Source of the DNA: Saprospiraceae bacterium
GTDB taxonomy: Bacteria > Bacteroidota > Bacteroidia > Chitinophagales > Saprospiraceae
Direction of reading: 5' to 3'
Length of the DNA stretch: 37,956 nucleotides
Assembly (NCBI GenBank): GCA_022842255.1
Contig: JALHPW010000002.1
Span: 1 to 37,956, forward strand
Under the pieces are notes generated by a model. It had not been told where the DNA came from, did not search any database, and saw only the letters and a list, made by a program, of their open reading frames with translations. Made by a program: the position numbers and the translations under genes. This document shows, piece by piece, positions 15,409 through 22,676 of the stretch. The stretch's first letter is position 1, and each line of letters begins with the position of its first letter.

Positions 15409-18400
15409 CTACCGAATCACCACCTTCTGCACGCTGCTACCAGCTGCATTTTGGAGGCGAACGGAGTAAACCCCTGCTGGTACGTTTTGTACGTTCAGGG
15501 TGAGCACCTGACCGAGTCCAAGTCCTTTGGTCGTGTGGCTCATAACGGTGCGGCCATCGGCGGCTACAAGCGTGATGACCACCTGACCTTCCAGTGCTTG
15601 TCCAAGGCTGATATTCAACATATCGTCGGCCGGATTTGGCTGTACCAACATTGGGAGCAGCGTTTGATTGGGCTCTTCGGTACCAACCATAACTGGCTGC
15701 ACGATAACGCCATATTCAGGAGCACTTGCACAAGCCTGATCGCCGCCATCGGCAGTGATACAAGCTTCGCCAGCGTAGTTGAAGAGGTCCATAACTTCTA
15801 CCTCGTCAATGTACCAGCCACCATTTACAGGGGCATCGGCCACGTCAGAACCAAAGCGGAAGCGGAACGTGATGTTTTTGCCGGCAAAATCGCTGAGGTC
15901 GAAGTAAGATTGTTTCCAGCCATTGGAATTGCCTGAGAAACCGTACAGGAATGGAATAGCAAAAGTTGCGTATTGCACACCGCCATCATATCCGCCGCGG
16001 ATTGTTTTTTCCTTCGGCAAACGCTGCCACTGCTCCAATGGGTCGGCCAGATCTTTTACTTCAAGGAACCCGGCATCTACACCGGCTTCTGTTTCGTACT
16101 GGTGCCAGAAGCGAAGTGCTGGTTTGGAACCCGAAACCGTGAGGTTCAGGGTGGTTTCCAGTACATAATCGGAAGCAATGGCTACGTTGCGGCCCGCCCA
16201 TGCGCCTGTGCCGCTACCAGGGTGTACCACATCTGTCTGGTGGATAAAGATTTCACCCGTAGCAGGGTCAACAATGTTGGAGTACCACTCCAGTTCATCG
16301 TCCAAAAGGTCGCGGAAATAGCGGTTAGAACCAATACCTGCTGCGCTTTTGGCAGTGTAGGTCAGGGTCTTGACATTTCCACTTTGCATCGTGCCCAAGT
16401 CCCAACGAACTTCTCCACCCACTACGGTACCTCCATCCGAAGCGCTCACCAAAGTAAGGCCTGCTGGAAGTTCGTCTGTAACCACCACATTTGTAGCAGC
16501 GGCGTCTTTGTGGTTGGTAACCGTAATTTCAAACGATACATTATCGCCTGGCTCAACGGTAGGCGTTGAGGTTACCTTTTTGATTTTCAACTCTTTAATA
16601 CAGGTTGGGATAGGGTCAAAGTTTTCGATACCATCGCCGGCACTACCGGAGTCGCCCTGACTTGCAAAATAGCCCAAACCACGGCGAGCAAAAACAGAAG
16701 AAATAAGGCAAGTGTCTACCCCATCATAATTGACAATATCCGCAGCCATAATGGCATCGCGACCATCGATGAACCCTGGGTTGCAAGGTTGGAATTTCAT
16801 ACCATCTACCACCAGTTGTACCGCACGGTAGTTACCGCTGGTAGTGTTGTTGATGTCTGCGTCCCAACCATATTTTTCTACCATTGCCCAGTACAGGTCC
16901 CAGATCATGTTGGACCATACTTCACCAACCCCGTGCGGAACTGCGCTGGAAGGCACTGCACTGTAGGTCAAAGGCGCAATGGTCATATCGGTAGAATAGG
17001 GATAGCGACGAATGCCTTGTCCATCCGTTTCCTGATAGAGCGCATAGGTGCCAATGCCACGTTTGTCGCTGCCCTGGTCGCCAGGCTCCACCGTAAGGAT
17101 GAGGCCCGCCCAGTCGCTCCAGCCTTCGCCCATTTGCTCGGTATTGCCCAAGCAGGCAGCGCCGGTTCCGGTGAGGCGGTTGGAGATACCGTGGTGGAAT
17201 TCGTGTGCGATGATTCCGTTGTCAAAATCACCATCGCGTTGCATAGGACCAGTCACATTGGGCAAACCAATGGAAATATTCAGCCCAGCACCTGCGTATT
17301 GGCGCAGCAGGTCGCAGTCAGATTTTTTCATCATGACGGCCGGGATGGTTACCTGACCACCAACAGCACCTGCGGCCATGCCAATTGTTGCATCTTCAAA
17401 GTTGCAAACGATACAAGCAATACCACCAGCTTCCTGAATATTGAGCGCTTTCCGGCCAAATTCGCACTCACCACGATCGACCATCACGATTTTACCCGCT
17501 ACATCATTCACCGGCGGGTTACAACCAAGACTGGCAGAGGCAGAACCATCGGTCACAAAAACCACATCACCCGTCACCGGGGTAGTGGTGATGGCTGCGC
17601 CCCATCCGCTGGATGCCGTGCCGCCATAGTTGCCAATAACCGCTCCAGGGCCATTTACATTCACAATTTTACCACCTGCACGGTCCCAAACATACATCTG
17701 CATCCGGCCATGTCCTCCGTCTGCAGGAGTAGAAAAGTTGGCATTGTTGGTGCCGCTGCCGTCAATGGCTTGGGCATATACTTCGTCGTTGCCCAATCCG
17801 CCATTCCCATAGTTGTTGGCCTGGAAATTTCCGGATTCTTCATCAAAACCATAACGATAAAAGACATCGTGGATCATGTTGTTCATGTAGAACAGGTTGG
17901 TGATCGCCGATAGCTTGTTGGTAGTAGGCTCTGCATTCGGGTCGAATGGAAAATCAAATTCCAAGGTAGCACTGCCATCTGCAGATTCGGAAGGGTCGGG
18001 CGTGTCATCGCTCGGGCTATCATCAAACGCCCACACGTTGTTGCCGCGGGTGTAGGTATAATCTGCGCCCGTTGCGCCATTGGTATCCAACCAGCCATAA
18101 GGGGAAGCCTGCGCGTCGGCAGGATTGGTGACCACACTGCGGTTGCCGTGAATCGGGCTTTCCAACGGAAGCGCGAACACGTTGTACTTTTCATCCACCA
18201 ACAACTCGTCCATGACAGACGGTTGAGGGCTGGGTGTTGAGGGTTTAGCGTTGACTGTAGATTGTTGGGTAGTGGCGGCACATTCGTCGGCACCACCACC
18301 ACGGTGTCCGTGGCCCAATTGGCAATAAGTGGTGTGGTTCAGCTTGGTAGAAATTGTGCCTGTTTGTGCATCCACCGTGATGGTCCAAAGATCAGGGGTG

Positions 18401-18969
18401 TTGGCCTGATCGATGACCATTTGCCACGAAAGACGAACGGTGCCATTGTTGGCGAGCACATACGCAGCCGATACCGGAATGTCGTTTCGAGAAATCGAAC
18501 CACCTTCAAAGACGAGGTTCTGCTCATTGATTTTGCTGCGCAGGGCAGGAACCGGGAAACCTGTGAACCCCAGGTTGACCATCGCCATTTCAAGGGCTTT
18601 GGCGGCACTGAGCGAAGGCAAGTCTGTATTGGTGCGGTTGCCCAGGTCGTTCACAAAACGGTGTCCGAGATGCACCACCTCGCCGTTCGACTTCACGTGG
18701 AGGCCAAACAGTCCGTTGAATACCGGAATCCCGTGATGTTGTTGTTGTACCCAGACGTGGGTGACACCATTGTGTTTCGTACGGTACTCACGTACAACTT
18801 TTACGTCCGCGACGTCATTTTTAGTCAATTCGAATTTGACAGGATTTTCCTGCAAAAAACGAAGTGCTGTGATGCGAGGACTCGCATCTTGTGCAAAAAG
18901 ACCCACCGCTGAAAAAGCGATTAGGCCAGTCAAAAGCCAAAGGCGTGTGAAGAGGAAATGTCGGTTCAT
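15409..18969 (-). CDS. Secreted M36 (fungalysin-family) zinc metalloprotease with FTP propeptide, inserted PA domain, DUF11-like repeat, MAM-like domain and T9SS type-A CTD
   Basis: The ATG at 18969 gives the signal peptide MNRHFLFTRLWLLTGLIAFSAVGLFAQ. The zinc motif HEFHHGISNRL is encoded at 17191-17205 (HEFHH). A PA-type block GKIVMVDRGECEFGRKALNIQEAGGIACIV lies upstream of it. VTNHKDAAATNVVVTDELPAGLTLV is DUF11-like. The C-terminus is VQPNPADDMLNISL... Confidence 0.9.
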   Translation of the reverse strand: MNRHFLFTRLWLLTGLIAFSAVGLFAQDASPRITALRFLQENPVKFELTKNDVADVKVVREYRTKHNGVTHVWVQQQHHGIPVFNGLFGLHVKSNGEVVHLGHRFVNDLGNRTNTDLPSLSAAKALEMAMVNLGFTGFPVPALRSKINEQNLVFEGGSISRNDIPVSAAYVLANNGTVRLSWQMVIDQANTPDLWTITVDAQTGTISTKLNHTTYCQLGHGHRGGGADECAATTQQSTVNAKPSTPSPQPSVMDELLVDEKYNVFALPLESPIHGNRSVVTNPADAQASPYGWLDTNGATGADYTYTRGNNVWAFDDSPSDDTPDPSESADGSATLEFDFPFDPNAEPTTNKLSAITNLFYMNNMIHDVFYRYGFDEESGNFQANNYGNGGLGNDEVYAQAIDGSGTNNANFSTPADGGHGRMQMYVWDRAGGKIVNVNGPGAVIGNYGGTASSGWGAAITTTPVTGDVVFVTDGSASASLGCNPPVNDVAGKIVMVDRGECEFGRKALNIQEAGGIACIVCNFEDATIGMAAGAVGGQVTIPAVMMKKSDCDLLRQYAGAGLNISIGLPNVTGPMQRDGDFDNGIIAHEFHHGISNRLTGTGAACLGNTEQMGEGWSDWAGLILTVEPGDQGSDKRGIGTYALYQETDGQGIRRYPYSTDMTIAPLTYSAVPSSAVPHGVGEVWSNMIWDLYWAMVEKYGWDADINNTTSGNYRAVQLVVDGMKFQPCNPGFIDGRDAIMAADIVNYDGVDTCLISSVFARRGLGYFASQGDSGSAGDGIENFDPIPTCIKELKIKKVTSTPTVEPGDNVSFEITVTNHKDAAATNVVVTDELPAGLTLVSASDGGTVVGGEVRWDLGTMQSGNVKTLTYTAKSAAGIGSNRYFRDLLDDELEWYSNIVDPATGEIFIHQTDVVHPGSGTGAWAGRNVAIASDYVLETTLNLTVSGSKPALRFWHQYETEAGVDAGFLEVKDLADPLEQWQRLPKEKTIRGGYDGGVQYATFAIPFLYGFSGNSNGWKQSYFDLSDFAGKNITFRFRFGSDVADAPVNGGWYIDEVEVMDLFNYAGEACITADGGDQACASAPEYGVIVQPVMVGTEEPNQTLLPMLVQPNPADDMLNISLGQALEGQVVITLVAADGRTVMSHTTKGLGLGQVLTLNVQNVPAGVYSVRLQNAAGSSVQKVVIR

Positions 18970-19018
18970 TTGCCAGACAGAATGATTTGGTGAAAGATAG
19001 CAGGCCTCGGGGGGCTGC

Positions 19019-19026
19019 CAAAGGTA
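19019..19026 (-). promoter_or_regulatory. Perfect -7 motif (TACCTTTG on minus strand) for the M36 protease gene
   Basis: Plus-strand CAAAGGTA lies 49 nt upstream of the ATG at 18969. Confidence 0.4.
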
Positions 19027-19100
19027 GTACATGGTGCTTTTCCCAAGTTACTACCACTCAAAAATGTCAGAAATAGCAAAGTTGCCTTCCCGTTTTTAAA

Positions 19101-19108
19101 TGTATTTG
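19101..19108 (+). promoter_or_regulatory. Candidate -7 element TGTATTTG (7/8) for prs
   Basis: This near-consensus match lies in the divergent spacer, upstream of all candidate prs starts. Confidence 0.25.
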
Positions 19109-19271
19109 AGCTAAGTCTGGAATTCGTTGCGCTACTTACTACACCGTACAATCCTTGTTTCTACCTTTGCCTCAAACAAAGTCAACGTTGGAAAACAAAT
19201 CAGCCAACAACCTGTCTGACCGACAGGCGGGCGAACAACCTAAAACTAATCACCAACAACCAGCCGACACC

Positions 19272-20198
19272 GTGCCAGAAGTCAAACTTTTTGCCTGCTC
19301 CGCATCCAAAGACCTCTCCAAAGAAATCGCCCTTCAATACGACGCACCCTTGGGCGACACCACGCTGGCCCGGTTCAGCGACGGCGAAATGCAAACCATC
19401 ATCAACGAAAGCGTGCGCGGTTCCTACACGTTTTTTATCCAAAGCACTTGCCAGCCCCACGACAATTTTGTGGAGCTCCTACTCTGGATCGATACCGCAC
19501 GCCGCGCCTCGGCAGGGTACATTACGGCAGTAGTGCCGTACTTTGGCTATGCACGGCAAGACCGTAAAGACAAACCGCGGGTACCCATCAGTGCCAAACT
19601 CATGGCCAATATGTTCACCGCAGCAGGGGTAGACCGCATCATGACCATGGACCTCCACGCCGATCAGGTGCAAGGCTTTTTTGATATCCCGGTGGACCAC
19701 CTGCGATCCGAAGCGATTTATGTGCCTTATCTGGAAAAACAGGACCTGTCGAAAGTGATTTTTGCAAGCCCAGACGTAGGCGGCGTGAAACGCGCCCGTA
19801 TCTATGCCATGCACTTTGGCCGCGAACTCGTCATTTGCGATAAATACCGCACCAAAGCCAACGAAGTAGCCGCCATGACGGTCATAGGTGATGTGAAAGG
19901 TGCAGATGTTATCTTGGTGGACGACCTCGTGGATACCGCAGGAACGCTTTGCAAGGCCGCCGATGCGCTCATCGAAAAAGGGGCCAATTCCGTACGCGCC
20001 ATTTGTACCCACCCGGTGCTTTCAGGTAAAGCGTACGAGAACGTTGAAGCCTCCCAGCTCTCCGAACTGATTGTCTGCGATACCATCCCACTTCGTCGGG
20101 AATCGCCCAAAATCAAGGTGCTCTCGACCGCCAATCTTTTTGCCCGCGCCATCCGCAACACCGTGGAACACAAAAGCATCGCCGCGCTGTTCCATTAA
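19272..20198 (+). CDS. prs: Ribose-phosphate pyrophosphokinase (PRPP synthetase)
   Basis: ...KLFACSASKDLSKEIA..., VVPYFGYARQDRK, MDLHADQVQGFF, the PRPP-binding loop VILVDDLVDTAGT. The start is uncertain. The open frame begins at a TTG at 19155, but it has no ATG before the conserved core. The in-frame GTG at 19272 gives the canonical N-terminus (M)PEVKLF... Confidence 0.85.
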   Translation: MPEVKLFACSASKDLSKEIALQYDAPLGDTTLARFSDGEMQTIINESVRGSYTFFIQSTCQPHDNFVELLLWIDTARRASAGYITAVVPYFGYARQDRKDKPRVPISAKLMANMFTAAGVDRIMTMDLHADQVQGFFDIPVDHLRSEAIYVPYLEKQDLSKVIFASPDVGGVKRARIYAMHFGRELVICDKYRTKANEVAAMTVIGDVKGADVILVDDLVDTAGTLCKAADALIEKGANSVRAICTHPVLSGKAYENVEASQLSELIVCDTIPLRRESPKIKVLSTANLFARAIRNTVEHKSIAALFH

Positions 20199-20297
20199 GC
20201 GATTTACGGTTTACGATTTGGGATTTACGATTTTTTTGACCCGAAGAATGAAGGAGTTATTCCTTTTTCGGGTCAAAAAAATCGTAAGTCGTAAATC
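20199..20297. repeat. Word-built hairpin element (TTTACGA words) immediately after prs
   Basis: A perfect 21-bp stem TTACGATTTTTTTGACCCGAA (20225-20245) pairs with TTCGGGTCAAAAAAATCGTAA (20267-20287). GATTTACG words lie on the left and CGTAAATC/CGTAAGTC on the right. It shares the 10-mer GCGATTTACG (20199-20208) with the element at 1622-1631. Confidence 0.85.
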
Positions 20298-20415
20298 TAA
20301 AATCCAAAATTCTAACCGCTCCCTTCATTTTTGCCGCCGCATCCTAAATGTGCTTTTTAGCACGAATGGGGCACACCTATCTTCGTACCAGTTTTCTCAT
20401 AGTATGTTTTGATTT

Positions 20416-20452
20416 TCCTACTGCTTCCCCTTCTGGCAGTAGGATTTTTTTT
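20416..20452 (+). terminator. Canonical intrinsic terminator about 220 nt downstream of the prs stop
   Basis: A 9-bp stem TCCTACTGC (20416-20424) pairs with GCAGTAGGA (20436-20444) around an 11-nt loop. Eight consecutive T follow (20445-20452). Confidence 0.75.
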
Positions 20453-20605
20453 AAATCCTCTTTCCTTCAGGGCCTCCGCGCTCATATATTGCTTCGGTTT
20501 GGCACTTGGCGCGACGTTCATCATCAAACGTCGCGCTAGGTGCGGGTCGCTCCTCCCAACTTTTTTAATGGCTGGCTGTTTGGACAATGTTCAATACATT
20601 GCCCT

Positions 20606-21121
20606 ATGTTTTCTTTTTCGTCTAAAACCATACTCCTTGCCGCAGGATTTTCCTTGCTAGCCATCGCCGCGTTCGGTCAGGTAAAAAGTGGCGCCTACAG
20701 GGTCATGCTCCAAGGCCTTTTGAGCCATAATGTGCCCGAAACGGGAGTACGACAAGCTGCCCGCGACACGGCGTCCTGCGTTTTTCTGGACGCCCGCGAG
20801 CCGCGAGAATTTGCCGTGAGCCATATCGAAGGTGCCATCCATGTTGGCTACGACCATTTCGACTTGGCCAATCTGCCTTCCAATATTTCCAAAAACCAAC
20901 CCATTGTGGTCTATTGTTCAGTGGGGTATCGCAGTGAAAAGGTGACGGAAAAACTTCAAAAGGCAGGTTTTACCCAGGTTTCAAACCTCTACGGAGGTAT
21001 TTTTGAATGGGTCAATCAAGGCCATCCGGTTGTGAACGAATCTGGCCTGACCAATGATGTACACGCCTACAACCGTACCTGGGGCGTTTGGCTGAAAAAA
21101 GGGAATAAAATTTATAAGTAA
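20606..21121 (+). CDS. Exported single-domain rhodanese-like sulfurtransferase
   Basis: The ATG at 20606 gives the signal peptide MFSFSSKTILLAAGFSLLAIAAFGQ. The rhodanese fold shows FLDAREPREF..GHIEGAI and the active-site loop VVYCSVGYRS. Confidence 0.85.
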   Translation: MFSFSSKTILLAAGFSLLAIAAFGQVKSGAYRVMLQGLLSHNVPETGVRQAARDTASCVFLDAREPREFAVSHIEGAIHVGYDHFDLANLPSNISKNQPIVVYCSVGYRSEKVTEKLQKAGFTQVSNLYGGIFEWVNQGHPVVNESGLTNDVHAYNRTWGVWLKKGNKIYK

Positions 21122-21144
21122 CACTATTCTCACGTCGTTTTATA

Positions 21145-21180
21145 CAAAAAACCCGGTCGCCACTTTCGACGCCGGGTTTT
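21145..21180. terminator. Probable bidirectional terminator between the rhodanese gene and the outer-membrane protein gene
   Basis: A short GC hairpin CCCGG(T)CG pairs with CGCCGGG. An A-run lies 5' (21145-21151) and TTTT lies 3'. Confidence 0.5.
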
Positions 21181-21209
21181 CTATTGTACGAAGTATTTCT
21201 TTCACCAAA

Positions 21210-22409
21210 TCATTTTTTTACATCTTCAAATTTTGGGGCGTTCATCATGGCATGGCTCATCTTTTTGCCACCAAAACGGTATGCCATCCCTACATTTACA
21301 GAATAGTCCGCAAATGCCGCATCCCCATTGCGCGGGATGCCATTGGCGTCGTTTCCACCCGCAATGTCCGCCACGCTACGCGTGCGTTTCCGGTAAAGCG
21401 CATAGGGAACATTTACCGAGAAACTGAAATTGCCGCGTGAAAAAGCCAAACCTGGCTCCACCGACACAATAAAGCCCGGGCGGCGGAAACCCTCGCTTCC
21501 ACCAACCAAATCTTTAGCAGGTACACCTTCCGCACGGAAGCCCAAACCTGCCGCAAGGCCATGTCTGGGAGATACCAGGTAGTTTGCGCCCAAACGCACC
21601 ACAAATTGATCCGCAATAGAGTGGAAGGCAGTGATTGAATCTACCGAGGTGGAGTTTGCATTCAAAACACGGTTGACGGTATTATTTGTTTCCTGTGGAT
21701 TGGACATGTAAAACCCATTGAAGTACAAGGAGCCCCGTGTACCCACGGCCGTAAACCCTTGGAGTTCAAGGCTGATGCCCACTCCGCCATCGCCCAATTG
21801 GATGGACTGGTCAACGGCTTTCACAATGATGGAGTCGCCACCATCGGTCGCTTTCCGTTTGTGGAATTCATCCTGCACGTTTTCATTGCCGGTTGGCAGT
21901 TTTACACCCAGACCAACCGCAAAGTTGCTCTTGATATGTTTTGTTGGGTCAAGCAGCCAGTACAAGCCGGAAATACGGACATCCCCAATGCCTTGTGCAC
22001 CTGTTTCAAAACGCTTGTGTTCAGGGTTTGCAGTAGCGCTGTTTCCATAGTGCTCGTACAAGGACGAACGATCGTAATGAATGAGGGGCAAGTTGAAGGA
22101 AAAGCTCAAACGGTTGCTTACCCCATAGGATACACCCAAATCAAGCGAATTGGCCCAGTTGATTACTTCGGTGTCGTTTTCCAGTCGCTCTTTTTGTTCT
22201 GTATCACTTTTATAGTGCCGGAAAGAGCGGAAATAGCGGTAGTTGGCACCGACTTGCCATTGGCCTTTGCCCAACAAAATCGAACTGGAGGCGGTGCCCG
22301 AGCAGCCGCTCATAGGGCGAATGGCAACACAACCTTGCGCGAGCGCCTGTTGTGCAAATAGCATTAAAACAAAGCCAAAGAAGAATAGAACAGGTAGTTG
22401 TTTTTTCAT
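21210..22409 (-). CDS. Putative outer-membrane beta-barrel protein (transporter-like)
   Basis: Signal peptide MKKQLPVLFFFGFVLMLFAQQALAQ. Alternating amphipathic beta-strand patterns run throughout. A terminal strand ...VGMAYRF is followed by a short tail. The family assignment is uncertain. Confidence 0.7.
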   Translation of the reverse strand: MKKQLPVLFFFGFVLMLFAQQALAQGCVAIRPMSGCSGTASSSILLGKGQWQVGANYRYFRSFRHYKSDTEQKERLENDTEVINWANSLDLGVSYGVSNRLSFSFNLPLIHYDRSSLYEHYGNSATANPEHKRFETGAQGIGDVRISGLYWLLDPTKHIKSNFAVGLGVKLPTGNENVQDEFHKRKATDGGDSIIVKAVDQSIQLGDGGVGISLELQGFTAVGTRGSLYFNGFYMSNPQETNNTVNRVLNANSTSVDSITAFHSIADQFVVRLGANYLVSPRHGLAAGLGFRAEGVPAKDLVGGSEGFRRPGFIVSVEPGLAFSRGNFSFSVNVPYALYRKRTRSVADIAGGNDANGIPRNGDAAFADYSVNVGMAYRFGGKKMSHAMMNAPKFEDVKK

Positions 22410-22444
22410 GAGACGAGTAGCAAGGAAGGTTAGAAATCGTGCTA

Positions 22445-22452
22445 CAAAAGTA
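22445..22452 (-). promoter_or_regulatory. Perfect -7 motif (TACTTTTG on minus strand) for the outer-membrane protein gene
   Basis: Plus-strand CAAAAGTA lies 35 nt upstream of the ATG at 22409. Confidence 0.45.
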
Positions 22453-22514
22453 TAGCGCTTATTTTCCGACCTTGCCTAACTCGCCTTAGAGTTTCCTTAG
22501 AAGTTGTTTATACT

Positions 22515-22573
22515 GTGATTAAAGTGATTTTGATGATTTGAGTGATTGAAACACCTTGATTTTTAATTGATTA
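22515..22573. repeat. Phased (G)TGATT word array upstream of the outer-membrane protein promoter
   Basis: GATT cores start at 22517, 22526, 22535 and 22544, which is a 9-bp period. Further copies start at 22558 and 22568. Confidence 0.7.
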
Positions 22574-22620
22574 TACAAACTCAATCCTCAAAACCACTTT
22601 GCGTTGGCTATAATACAATT

Positions 22621-22653
22621 AAAAACCCCGAAGAATTTGAATTCTTCGGGGTT
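22621..22653 (-). terminator. Rho-independent terminator of the giant adhesin gene
   Basis: A perfect 13-bp stem AACCCCGAAGAAT (22624-22636) pairs with ATTCTTCGGGGTT (22641-22653) around a 4-nt loop. On the minus strand TTTTT follows. Confidence 0.85.
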
Positions 22654-22676
22654 GAATATCAACATTTTAAGTCAAA

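Noticed and set aside
20348-20660. Small plus-strand ORFs (63 aa and 83 aa) lie between prs and the rhodanese gene.
   Set aside because: Both read straight through a canonical terminator hairpin and its T8 tract (20416-20452). The hydrophobic FLLLPLLAVGFF segment is simply the translated hairpin and T-run.
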